NCBI RefSeq assembly: GCF_000195755.1
Contig: NC_002937.3
Location: forward strand, 1,830,001-1,862,000
Direction: 5' to 3'
Source: Nitratidesulfovibrio vulgaris str. Hildenborough
GTDB taxonomy: Bacteria; Desulfobacterota; Desulfovibrionia; Desulfovibrionales; Desulfovibrionaceae
DNA length: 32,000 nt
In this document: in pieces, positions 1 through 8,747 of the stretch
Layout of the letters: each line of letters opens with the position of its first letter
How positions within the stretch are numbered: the first letter of the stretch is position 1
Made by a program: the position numbers and the translations under genes
The notes under the pieces: generated by a model
Database searches by the model: none
What the model saw: the letters and a program-made list of their open reading frames with translations, nothing else
What the model was told of the DNA's origin: nothing

Positions 1-2
1 CC

Positions 3-128
3 CGCCACATGCGCGAACACGGCACGGACGTCTTCGGGGCTGCCAAAGCGACAGGACTCATCGACGAAGACCGGCTTGCAAGGCTGCTTTCTCCTGAACG
101 TCTCGTGGCACTGGGGTACAGAGGATGA
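3..128 (+). CDS. 3' end of a fumarate-lyase superfamily gene (aspartate ammonia-lyase/fumarase-like), truncated by the window edge
   Basis: The frame beginning at nt 3 reads RHMREHGTDVFGAAKATGLIDEDRLARLLSPERLVALGYRG*. The G-L-I-D-E-D..L..L.PE..V pattern resembles aspartase/fumarase C-termini. Stop TGA 126-128 overlaps the hydE ATG 125-127 (ATGA). Only 41 codons are visible. Confidence 0.4.
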   Translation, partial: RHMREHGTDVFGAAKATGLIDEDRLARLLSPERLVALGYRG

Positions 129-1093
129 CCGCCATGCAGCGCGATGAACTTCTGTATCTGCTCTACGAAGCCCCAGAACAAGAGCTTTTCGCACGGGCCG
201 ACGCTGTCCGGCGCACTCACAAGGGTGAACATGTCTTCGTACGCGGGCTGATCGAATTCTCCAGCCATTGTGTACGCGACTGTCGCTACTGTGGCCTTCG
301 GCGCTCCAACTCCGCAGCGCACCGCTACAGGCTCACCCCGCGTGAAGTCATCGACGCGGCCCGTCTCGCCGTCGCAGGTGGCGCAGACACCATCGTCCTG
401 CAATCAGGAGACGACCTCGCCTGCGAGGCGTCGACCATCGCTGCGATGATTCGCGGCATCCGGGAGGAACTCGGAGTGGTCGTCACCCTCGGTTGCGGCG
501 AACGCCCCCCACGCGACTATGCCCTGTGGCGTGAAGCCGGGGCCTCGCGATACCTCATGAAGCATGAGACCGCAGATGCGGCCCTCTACGCAAGACTGCA
601 TCCCGGCAGGACACTGGAACAACGGCTAGAAGCGCTCCGCACGCTGCATGGACTCGGCTACGAGATAGGCTCCGGCTTCATCATCGGCATACCGGGGCAG
701 ATGCCCGAAGTGCTCGCCGATGACATCCTTCTGGCGCGTGAACTCGGTGTGGAGATGTGCGGTGCCGGGCCGTTCATCCCACAGGCGCAGACACCGCTGG
801 GTGGCGAGCCTCAAGGGTCCACCGCCCTGGCGTTGCGGGTACTGGCCGCGCTGCGCATCGCCCTGCCCGACGCGAACCTTCCGGCGACGACGGCACTAGC
901 CACGCTCGACCCCATCGGCGGGCAACGTGACGGACTGCGCGCCGGGGCCAACGTACTCATGCCGGGTTTCACTCCTGACACACACCGGGCTCACTACCGC
1001 ATCTACGACAACAAACACCGCGTGGGTATGGACGAGGCACGCGCAGCCATCGAAGCTGCGGGCCGCACACATAGCCTGCGACGCGAGGCATGA
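125..1093 (+). CDS. hydE: [FeFe]-hydrogenase maturase HydE (radical SAM, BioB-like)
   Basis: 322 aa ORF with radical-SAM motif CVRDCRYCGLRR near the N-terminus and a BioB/HydE-like TIM-barrel length. It lies directly upstream of hydF and hydAB. Confidence 0.85.
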   Translation: MTAMQRDELLYLLYEAPEQELFARADAVRRTHKGEHVFVRGLIEFSSHCVRDCRYCGLRRSNSAAHRYRLTPREVIDAARLAVAGGADTIVLQSGDDLACEASTIAAMIRGIREELGVVVTLGCGERPPRDYALWREAGASRYLMKHETADAALYARLHPGRTLEQRLEALRTLHGLGYEIGSGFIIGIPGQMPEVLADDILLARELGVEMCGAGPFIPQAQTPLGGEPQGSTALALRVLAALRIALPDANLPATTALATLDPIGGQRDGLRAGANVLMPGFTPDTHRAHYRIYDNKHRVGMDEARAAIEAAGRTHSLRREA

Positions 1094-1097
1094 CCCC

Positions 1098-2330
1098 ATG
1101 CAGGACACCCCCAAGGGACTGCGACTGCACATAGGCATCTACGGACGCCGCAATGTCGGCAAGTCGTCGTTACTCAACGCGCTGACCCGGCAGACCGTGT
1201 CCATCGTCTCCGCCACTCCCGGCACCACGACAGACCCCGTGGAGAAGACCATGGAAATGGCCCCCATCGGGCCTGTGGTCTTCATCGACACGGCTGGCAT
1301 CGACGATACGGGCGACCTCGGCCTCATGCGCAGCGACAGGACGAGGCAGATGTTCGACCGCACCGACCTTGCGCTGGTTGCCAGCGAGGGCGATGTATGG
1401 GGAGACTATGAACGCGACCTCGTCGCGGCATTCCGGGAACGCAAGATACCCGTCATCGCAGTGCTGACAAAAGGCGATGAGACTCCTGTCGCGCAGACCG
1501 TTCGCCAATCACTTCTGGCCGAAGGCATCGAATCGGCGGCGGTGTGTTCCACAGATGGTCGCGGCATCGACGCGCTGCGTGCCCTCATGGCCCGCATGGC
1601 CCCGGAACATGCCATCAGCCAGCCAGCCCTTCTTGCCGACCTCGTGCCTGCTGGCGGGCTTGTCATCTTCGTCGTCCCCATCGACCTCGGAGCCCCCAAG
1701 GGAAGGCTCATCCTGCCGCAGGTGCAGGCCATTCGCGACATTCTCGACGGCGACGCCATGTGCATGGTCGTCAAGGAGCGCGAACTCCGCCCTGCCCTCG
1801 ACCGTCTCACGCAACCGCCCGACCTCGTGGTGTGCGACTCGCAGGTGGTGCTGAAGGCCGCAGCCGACACCCCGCCCGGCATCCCCCTGACGACCTTCTC
1901 CATTCTCATGGCACGGTTCAAGGGTGAACTTGAGACACTTGCACGCGGGGCAGCGGTCATCGAGACGCTCGCCCCCGGTGACCGGGTGCTTGTGGCAGAG
2001 GCGTGTACCCACCATCCACTCGCCGACGACATCGGCAGGGTGAAGATACCCCGCTGGCTGCGCCAGTACGCCGGGGGCAACATCCACATCGACACCTTCG
2101 CAGGCAAGGACATGCCTGCCGACCTTTCCGGCTACCGCCTCATCATCCATTGCGGTGGCTGCGTCATCACACGCGGGCACATGCTGGGGCGAATGCACGC
2201 CGCGGCTGCGGCGGGAGTACCCATGACCAACTACGGACTCGCCATATCACTCACGCAAGGGGTGCTGCACCGCGCCCTTGGCCCCTTCCCTGCGGCACAG
2301 GAGGCATTCGACTCCATACCGCGGGGCTGA
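1098..2330 (+). CDS. hydF: [FeFe]-hydrogenase maturation GTPase/scaffold HydF
   Basis: In-frame ATG at 1098, 4 nt after the hydE stop. The 927 start in the ORF track would overlap hydE. GTPase motifs GRRNVGKSS, DTAGID and TKGD. C-terminal cluster motif CTHH...HCGGC. Confidence 0.9.
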   Translation: MQDTPKGLRLHIGIYGRRNVGKSSLLNALTRQTVSIVSATPGTTTDPVEKTMEMAPIGPVVFIDTAGIDDTGDLGLMRSDRTRQMFDRTDLALVASEGDVWGDYERDLVAAFRERKIPVIAVLTKGDETPVAQTVRQSLLAEGIESAAVCSTDGRGIDALRALMARMAPEHAISQPALLADLVPAGGLVIFVVPIDLGAPKGRLILPQVQAIRDILDGDAMCMVVKERELRPALDRLTQPPDLVVCDSQVVLKAAADTPPGIPLTTFSILMARFKGELETLARGAAVIETLAPGDRVLVAEACTHHPLADDIGRVKIPRWLRQYAGGNIHIDTFAGKDMPADLSGYRLIIHCGGCVITRGHMLGRMHAAAAAGVPMTNYGLAISLTQGVLHRALGPFPAAQEAFDSIPRG

Positions 2331-2482
2331 CAGGATGCTGCAACACATAGGGCAGAATCTCCGCAGGCAGAGCAATGCCCTTCTGATATTACAGACAGAT
2401 ACAAGCCGGGACATGCTCCCGGCAACGGCAGCGAGGCATACCGCCCGCGCCTGCCAGAACCTGTAACGACGGAGGATTGCAG

Positions 2483-3748
2483 ATGAGCCGTACCGTCATG
2501 GAGCGCATCGAATATGAGATGCACACTCCGGACCCCAAGGCCGATCCGGACAAGCTCCACTTCGTCCAGATCGACGAGGCAAAGTGCATAGGCTGCGACA
2601 CCTGTTCGCAGTACTGCCCCACCGCCGCCATCTTCGGCGAAATGGGCGAACCGCACTCCATTCCCCACATCGAGGCGTGCATCAACTGCGGCCAGTGCCT
2701 CACGCACTGCCCCGAGAACGCCATCTACGAGGCACAGTCGTGGGTGCCTGAAGTCGAGAAGAAGCTGAAGGACGGCAAGGTGAAATGCATCGCCATGCCC
2801 GCCCCCGCCGTGCGCTATGCACTGGGCGACGCCTTCGGCATGCCCGTCGGTTCCGTCACCACCGGCAAGATGCTCGCGGCCCTGCAGAAGCTCGGCTTCG
2901 CTCATTGCTGGGACACCGAGTTCACCGCTGACGTGACCATCTGGGAAGAGGGGTCCGAGTTCGTGGAACGCCTCACCAAGAAGAGCGACATGCCGCTGCC
3001 GCAGTTCACCTCGTGCTGCCCCGGCTGGCAGAAGTATGCCGAGACCTACTACCCCGAACTGCTGCCGCACTTCTCCACGTGCAAGTCGCCCATCGGCATG
3101 AACGGCGCACTGGCGAAGACCTACGGCGCAGAGCGGATGAAGTACGACCCCAAGCAGGTCTACACCGTCTCCATCATGCCCTGCATCGCAAAGAAGTACG
3201 AAGGGTTGCGTCCCGAACTGAAGTCCAGCGGCATGCGCGACATCGACGCCACGCTGACCACCCGTGAGCTGGCCTACATGATCAAGAAGGCCGGTATCGA
3301 CTTCGCGAAACTCCCCGACGGCAAGCGTGACAGCCTCATGGGTGAATCCACCGGCGGTGCCACCATCTTCGGCGTCACCGGCGGCGTCATGGAAGCGGCA
3401 CTCCGCTTCGCCTACGAAGCCGTCACCGGCAAGAAGCCCGACAGCTGGGACTTCAAGGCCGTGCGCGGTCTTGATGGCATCAAGGAAGCCACCGTCAACG
3501 TCGGCGGTACCGACGTCAAGGTCGCCGTGGTGCACGGGGCCAAGCGGTTCAAGCAGGTCTGCGACGATGTGAAGGCGGGCAAGTCGCCCTATCACTTCAT
3601 CGAATACATGGCCTGCCCCGGCGGCTGCGTCTGTGGCGGCGGTCAGCCCGTCATGCCCGGCGTGCTCGAAGCCATGGACCGCACCACCACCCGCCTTTAC
3701 GCGGGCCTGAAGAAGCGCCTCGCCATGGCGAGCGCCAACAAGGCATAG
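2483..3748 (+). CDS. hydA: Periplasmic [FeFe]-hydrogenase large subunit
   Basis: GGAGG at 2471-2475, 7 nt before ATG 2483, giving 421 aa. Two ferredoxin-type motifs [12 protein letters not shown] and [13 protein letters not shown]-cluster motifs [17 protein letters not shown] and [15 protein letters not shown]. The sequence matches my recollection of D. vulgaris HydA. Confidence 0.97.
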   Translation: MSRTVMERIEYEMHTPDPKADPDKLHFVQIDEAKCIGCDTCSQYCPTAAIFGEMGEPHSIPHIEACINCGQCLTHCPENAIYEAQSWVPEVEKKLKDGKVKCIAMPAPAVRYALGDAFGMPVGSVTTGKMLAALQKLGFAHCWDTEFTADVTIWEEGSEFVERLTKKSDMPLPQFTSCCPGWQKYAETYYPELLPHFSTCKSPIGMNGALAKTYGAERMKYDPKQVYTVSIMPCIAKKYEGLRPELKSSGMRDIDATLTTRELAYMIKKAGIDFAKLPDGKRDSLMGESTGGATIFGVTGGVMEAALRFAYEAVTGKKPDSWDFKAVRGLDGIKEATVNVGGTDVKVAVVHGAKRFKQVCDDVKAGKSPYHFIEYMACPGGCVCGGGQPVMPGVLEAMDRTTTRLYAGLKKRLAMASANKA

Positions 3749-3759
3749 GAGGAAACGCC

Positions 3760-4131
3760 ATGCAGATAGCCAGCATCACCCGGCGCGGCTTCCTCAAGGT
3801 CGCCTGCGTCACGACGGGCGCAGCCCTCATCGGCATTCGCATGACCGGAAAGGCCGTTGCCGCCGTCAAGCAGATCAAGGACTACATGCTTGACCGCATC
3901 AACGGCGTCTACGGGGCGGATGCCAAGTTCCCCGTTCGCGCCTCGCAGGACAACACGCAGGTCAAGGCTCTCTACAAGAGCTACCTTGAGAAGCCTCTCG
4001 GTCACAAGTCGCACGACCTGCTGCACACGCACTGGTTCGACAAGTCCAAGGGCGTCAAGGAACTCACCACGGCAGGCAAGTTGCCCAACCCGCGTGCTTC
4101 CGAGTTCGAAGGTCCGTACCCCTACGAATAG
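3760..4131 (+). CDS. hydB: Periplasmic [FeFe]-hydrogenase small subunit with twin-arginine signal peptide
   Basis: AGGAGGAAA RBS overlaps the hydA stop. The N-terminus [10 protein letters not shown] is a Tat motif followed by a hydrophobic stretch and AVA. 123 aa. Confidence 0.97.
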   Translation: MQIASITRRGFLKVACVTTGAALIGIRMTGKAVAAVKQIKDYMLDRINGVYGADAKFPVRASQDNTQVKALYKSYLEKPLGHKSHDLLHTHWFDKSKGVKELTTAGKLPNPRASEFEGPYPYE

Positions 4132-4331
4132 CGCCAGAACGTATACGGAAGGCATAAACGCACATCCGTGATGCCGGAACCGCCTGCGGCGAGGGCCTCT
4201 TGGCCTGACCTCAGGGCGATTCCTCCGGCAACGCAGATGCATCTGCCCCACGATCTCATGACACGAAGACACTTAAAGTAATACATTACTGTTTTCGTGA
4301 AGCCTGTCCCTTGTGGCGCGGCGACAGAAAA

Positions 4332-4358
4332 GCCCCCCGACGCGCAGCGCAGGGGGGC
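4332..4358 (-). terminator. Rho-independent terminator of hydC
   Basis: GCCCCCC / GGGGGGC 7-bp GC stem with a 13-nt loop. On the minus strand it is followed by TTTTCT, 25 nt after the hydC stop. Confidence 0.6.
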
Positions 4359-4383
4359 GGAAAACGTCAGCACCTGTCCACGA

Positions 4384-6204
4384 TCAATCAGAGTCGCCCC
4401 GTACCCGCCTGCCAAGGGTCATCTCATGCCAGATGTCGCGCATGGTGTAGGCGACTTCGCTCTTGCGGTCGCCATACCGGGTGTGCAGCAGACGGTGAGA
4501 CAAATTCGAACAGGGCTCGCCAAGGAATGATTCGTAGACCTTGCCGATGAGCGGATTGTTGTGCGACTGCCGCAGTGCGTTTTCCGCATCGAGCGAGAAA
4601 AGGGCGGCACGTCGCGCCTGCGCGTTGGGGTTGTAGGCGCGCTTCGACCTCGGCTGACCGCCTCCGTCCATGCATCCACCCGGGCATGCCATGACCTCCA
4701 CGAACACATGGTCGGCCTTCCCTGCAAGAACCGCCTCGACCATCTGCCGGGCAGCCTTGAGCCCATGCACCACGGCGACCTTCACGGAACCGTTACCCTC
4801 ACCAAGCGGGACGACAGCCTCACGCACGTTCTCGTATCCGCGCAGGGCATGCAGTTCTACTGGGGCGAGTTCCTTGCCGTTCAGCACATGGTAGACCGTA
4901 CGCAGTGCCGCCTCCATTACCCCGCCTGTCGTACCGAAGATGACAGCCGCCCCGGTTGCCCGCCCCATCAGGGGGTCGTCGCAGGGCGAGGGTTCGAGTC
5001 CGGCGAGGTCTATGCCCTCACGCCGGAGAAGACGGGCGAACTCACGCGTGGTGAGCACTGCGTCCACATCCCGGACACCGTCGCGCCTGAATTCGGGCCG
5101 TGCGGCCTCTTCCTTCTTCGCCGTGCAGGGCATCAACGATACGACGCGCATCCTCTCCGGTGCGACGTTCATGGTGCGCGCAAGATAGGTCTTGGCCAAT
5201 GCGCCAAGGCACTGCTGAGGCGAGCGTGTGGTCGAGACATGCGGCAGGATGTCGGGGAGGTGCTTCTCGGCGAAATTCACCCAGCCGGGGCAGCAGGAGG
5301 TGAAGAGCGGCAGCTTCGCCCCGCCCCGAAGACGTTGCAGGAGTTCGGTGCCCTCCTCCATGATGACGAGGTCGGCTGCGAAGTTGGTATCGAGTACCAC
5401 GTCTGCCCCGAGAAGGCGCAAGGCCGTGGGCACCTGCCCTTCCACGCTTGAACCGGGAGGCAGCCCGAACTCCTCACCGAGGCCCACCCGCACCGCCGGG
5501 GCGAACTGGAACACGGTGACGATTTCGGGGTCGTAGAGATAGTCGATGACACGCTCCACGTCGTCCCGTCCAGCCAATGCCCCCACAGGGCAGACCAATG
5601 TGCACTGGCCACAGCCCACACAGTCGGACGCACTCTGGCTACGATTGTGCCGCAGCCCGATTTCGGTGCCGATGCCGTTTCCCGTCACCACGAGGGCATC
5701 GACGCCCTGTACGTTGCGGCACACGGCGACACAGCGCAGGCACCTGATGCACTTGCCCATGTCGCGCACGACGGACGGCGAAGAGACATCACGGGTGCGG
5801 CTGCGGGCATAGTCCGGAAAATGGTGACGCGTACCGGTAAGACCCACGAATTGTGCCACATCCTGCAACTCGCAGTCTCCATGACGGGCGCAGGCTGCGC
5901 AGTCATGGTCATGGTCGGCCAGCAGCAGTTCGACCTGTAGCCGCTGCATCCTGCGTACTTCAGGGGTACGCGTGAAGATGCGCATTCCCTCCTCGACGGG
6001 GGTCGTACAGGAGGTGACAATCTGCGGCCCGGCCTCCTTGTCACGCCATATCTCGACCAGACAGACCCGGCACGTCCCGGGTGCATGACCGATGTCGGCA
6101 AGTTCGCACAACGTGGGAATGAAGTGCCCGTTCTCGCGTGCGGCCTCAAGTATCGTCCTGCCCGGTTCACACCGGACTTCCTTGCCATTGATGAACGCGT
6201 TCAT
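4384..6204 (-). CDS. hydC: Cytoplasmic monomeric-type [FeFe]-hydrogenase: 2Fe-2S domain, His-ligated 4Fe-4S, two 4Fe-4S clusters, H-cluster and a fused small-subunit-like tail
   Basis: Start MNAFINGKEV at 6204, preceded by GGAGAG. The upstream ORF extension overlaps the neighbouring gene. No signal peptide. Motifs: C..GTCRVC (2Fe-2S), HDHDCAACARHGDC, CIRCLRCVAVC, CVGCGQCTLVCP, TSCCPGW, MPCTAKKEE and VMACPGGCMDGGGQP. 606 aa. Confidence 0.9.
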   Translation of the reverse strand: MNAFINGKEVRCEPGRTILEAARENGHFIPTLCELADIGHAPGTCRVCLVEIWRDKEAGPQIVTSCTTPVEEGMRIFTRTPEVRRMQRLQVELLLADHDHDCAACARHGDCELQDVAQFVGLTGTRHHFPDYARSRTRDVSSPSVVRDMGKCIRCLRCVAVCRNVQGVDALVVTGNGIGTEIGLRHNRSQSASDCVGCGQCTLVCPVGALAGRDDVERVIDYLYDPEIVTVFQFAPAVRVGLGEEFGLPPGSSVEGQVPTALRLLGADVVLDTNFAADLVIMEEGTELLQRLRGGAKLPLFTSCCPGWVNFAEKHLPDILPHVSTTRSPQQCLGALAKTYLARTMNVAPERMRVVSLMPCTAKKEEAARPEFRRDGVRDVDAVLTTREFARLLRREGIDLAGLEPSPCDDPLMGRATGAAVIFGTTGGVMEAALRTVYHVLNGKELAPVELHALRGYENVREAVVPLGEGNGSVKVAVVHGLKAARQMVEAVLAGKADHVFVEVMACPGGCMDGGGQPRSKRAYNPNAQARRAALFSLDAENALRQSHNNPLIGKVYESFLGEPCSNLSHRLLHTRYGDRKSEVAYTMRDIWHEMTLGRRVRGDSD

Positions 6205-6227
6205 GTGCTCTCCGCTTCGTCGGCCCG

Positions 6228-8249
6228 TCAGTCGTCGCACTGCGGGATGGCGGCCTCGGTGATGACAGAATAGACGCGGTAGCAACGCAGACAGCGTCCG
6301 GCCTCGTGATAGGCGTCCTCTGCGGAGATGGGACATTCCACCTCGTCGAACAACTGCCTGCGGTAGGCGGGGTCGAGTTCCTGTGCATGGATGCGGTACA
6401 GATGACGAACCGGAGTATCGACCCACTGTTGCGACAGCGGTTTGAAATCACGGATGATACGGCGCATCCGGCTTCTGGGAAAGAAGCGGACCCTGCCGTA
6501 GCGCAGATAGTCGTCGATGCTCCGCGCCCCCTTGAGGCCGGTCGCCATGGCCTGGATGAGCGTTGAGGGGCCCAAGGCGCAGTCGCCCCCGGCAAAGACA
6601 CCGGGCCGCGTCGTGGCGAGAGTGGTCTGGTCGGAGACGACGCGACCTCGCGCGTCGACATCGACGCCGTCCTCCGGCGAAAGCGCGGTGCTGTCCATCT
6701 GCTGGCCGATGGCGGGGATGAGGGTATCGCAGGGTATGACGCGCCCCGACCCCGACACCGCGACGACGCCGCGCCTTCCTCGCGCATCGGGCTCGCCCTC
6801 GCGCATGTCCACGACCTCGACACCGACGACACGGTCACGGGTCACGCCTGCGGAGTCCACCATCTGTCTGGTGATGATGCGCACCGGGTTGGTGAGGTAG
6901 TGGAAGACCACGCCCTCCTTCTCTGCGGCCTCTATCTCCTCATGGTCGGCAGGCATGGCGTCGCGTGTGCGACGGTAGACAAGGTGCACCTCACGTGCGC
7001 CGAGGCGCAATGCGGAACGGACACAGTCCATGGCGACGTTGCCGCCCCCCACGACCACGACCACCCCTGACAGCGAAGCGTCGGCTTGCGATTCGACATG
7101 GTCGTGCACTCGCAAGAGAAAGTCGATGCCGGGCTGGTATCCTTCAAGCGATGTATCCTCCCCCTCAATGCCCAGAAGGCGTCCTTCCGGGCAACCAAGG
7201 GCGAGAAACACGGCCTTGTATCCCTGCTCACGGAGTCCATCGAGCGAGACATCGTGCCCGAGACGCTGTCCATAGAAGAACCGCCCTCCGAGACGTTCGA
7301 CGATGTCGGTCTCCGTACGGAGGACATCCTTGGGCAACCTGTAACTGGGAATGCCGCATGCAGCCATGCCCCCCGCCTCGTTACGCGCCTCGAACACGTC
7401 GACGGGGTAGCCGTTGAGAAGCAGGTGATAGGCGCAGGATATGCCGGCAGGTCCGGCCCCCACCACTGCCACCTTGAGGTGGCCGGGTTTTCTGTCACGT
7501 ACGATATCAGGAGAGAACCAGCCCTGCGCAAGGTGACTCTCATGGTCGGCGACGTAGCGTTTGAGAATCTTGATGCCAACGGGCTCATCGACCAGCCCGC
7601 GTCGGCATGCCTGTTCGCAGAACCGCACGCACACACGGCCACAGGTCGCCGCCATGGGATACTTCTGCAGGATGACCCCGAGCGAATGCGAGGGCATGCC
7701 GTCACGTATGTAATCGATATAGCGGGGGACATTCACTCTGGCGGGACAGGCTTCGATGCACGGTGCCGTGACATAGCTCATGCCGTGCTGCTGTCCGCTC
7801 GCCGTGCGCGCCCCTTCAACGAGCATATCCTGAAAGTGCTCAAGCGCGCCGCACAGTGCCACAGTGCACGTGCGCCCGAGGCCGCACAATGAAGTAGAGC
7901 GTACCTGTTCAGCGAGTTCGACCAAAGTGCCCAGACCGCCAGAACCGACACCATCACGCAGCAGGGCGGCGAGGCTGTCGCGGATGATACCCGTGCCGAC
8001 ACGGCATGGCGTACACTTGCCGCATGACTCGCGGGCGGCCCTTTCCATATACTGCCACAAGGCATCGAGCAGATTCACACCCGGTTCGAAGACGAAGAAC
8101 CCTCTATCTCCGACAAAGGCGCGAATGGAGTTGCCCTGATTGAACGTATCGAACCCTTCGAACCCCGGCGCATCCGGTATCTCGAAAAGCGCCTTTCCCC
8201 TGTTGTCGTGGACGGTACCGTCCCAGATTCCGTAGATGACACGTGCCAT
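6228..8249 (-). CDS. Fe-S flavoprotein: NuoF C-terminal (SLBB/4Fe-4S) module fused to a GltD/NfnB-like NAD(P)H:FAD oxidoreductase
   Basis: Start MARVIYGIWDG at 8249. ESCGKCTPCRVG...SLCGLG is a NuoF N3-type cluster. CIEACP and CGRVCVRFCEQAC are GltD-type clusters. Dinucleotide folds VAVVGAGPAG and VVVVGGGNVAMD, and GVFAGGDC. The stop lies 23 nt before the hydC start. Confidence 0.85.
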   Translation of the reverse strand: MARVIYGIWDGTVHDNRGKALFEIPDAPGFEGFDTFNQGNSIRAFVGDRGFFVFEPGVNLLDALWQYMERAARESCGKCTPCRVGTGIIRDSLAALLRDGVGSGGLGTLVELAEQVRSTSLCGLGRTCTVALCGALEHFQDMLVEGARTASGQQHGMSYVTAPCIEACPARVNVPRYIDYIRDGMPSHSLGVILQKYPMAATCGRVCVRFCEQACRRGLVDEPVGIKILKRYVADHESHLAQGWFSPDIVRDRKPGHLKVAVVGAGPAGISCAYHLLLNGYPVDVFEARNEAGGMAACGIPSYRLPKDVLRTETDIVERLGGRFFYGQRLGHDVSLDGLREQGYKAVFLALGCPEGRLLGIEGEDTSLEGYQPGIDFLLRVHDHVESQADASLSGVVVVVGGGNVAMDCVRSALRLGAREVHLVYRRTRDAMPADHEEIEAAEKEGVVFHYLTNPVRIITRQMVDSAGVTRDRVVGVEVVDMREGEPDARGRRGVVAVSGSGRVIPCDTLIPAIGQQMDSTALSPEDGVDVDARGRVVSDQTTLATTRPGVFAGGDCALGPSTLIQAMATGLKGARSIDDYLRYGRVRFFPRSRMRRIIRDFKPLSQQWVDTPVRHLYRIHAQELDPAYRRQLFDEVECPISAEDAYHEAGRCLRCYRVYSVITEAAIPQCDD

Positions 8250-8747
8250 GCAGCTTCCGTAAAACCCCTCGCGGGTATGAGTATGGATACGGCAAAAGAC
8301 GAGACAGGTACGTCGCAAAACCCCGAAACCGACTTCTACCTATGAGCAGGGAAGAAAGAAAGCCTGAAAACCTGCCATGGAAACCCTTTGCTTACTCCAC
8401 ATCAGATATGTGGCTGTGCTATGCTGCACTGAAAAGAATCGTCACCCGCCACCGCCATGCCGGGACGCCTCTCATCTGGCGCATGGCGAGAGGCACCAAC
8501 GCCTGCGCATCTGTAAAGAAATGCTTCGACGTATAACGATGGCAGAATATCCACTGCAGCCCCAAAGGTGACGAAAACAGGGTGCCAACAGAACATGCGG
8601 CATCCCACCTGTTGGCTTCCGGCCCGCAACGTGGCATAGGGGGAACGCCCCATTGACGGCCTGCACGCCGCGGGTACTGCCGCTTCAGACAGGCAATACC
8701 ACCATGTCGGTCCGACACGGGCAAATAGCCCCACAGACGGAGAGAGA

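Noticed and set aside
927-1097. N-terminal extensions suggested by the ORF track: hydF from 927, hydC to 6426, the flavoprotein to 8318, ribB to 10614, the carbonic anhydrase to 11780, the CDF to 13185, lutC to 14662, lutB to 16085, the SDR from 16861, and the MarC-like gene from 17841.
   Set aside because: Each extension overlaps the preceding gene or lacks an RBS. An internal ATG with a good SD gives the family-typical N-terminus.
2231-3595. Very long ORFs antisense to well-supported genes. Examples: 2231-3595(-) opposite hydA; 9907-10770(+) opposite ribB; 10905-11771(+) opposite the carbonic anhydrase; 13736-14617(+) and 14583-15443(+) opposite lutBC; 19048-20076(+) opposite the GGDEF gene; 21479-23215(+) opposite rpoD/dnaG; 24503-25402(+) opposite mutS2; 30001-31941(+) opposite fusA.
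   Set aside because: Their translations are Arg/Gly/His/Pro-rich low-complexity strings without recognisable motifs or RBSs. Each mirrors a gene with clear family signatures. Long stop-free antisense frames are expected in GC-rich coding DNA.
8378-8392. Sigma-54-like element TGGAAAcccttTGC in the divergent region upstream of the PilZ gene.
   Set aside because: The GG-to-GC spacing is one nucleotide shorter than the -24/-12 consensus, the GGCAC core is degenerate, and no enhancer-binding-protein gene is adjacent.
8342-8536. 64-codon ATG ORF (MSREERKPENLPW...) in the 500-bp hydC-operon/PilZ divergent region.
   Set aside because: No SD upstream, a composition unlike neighbouring genes, and no recognisable motif.
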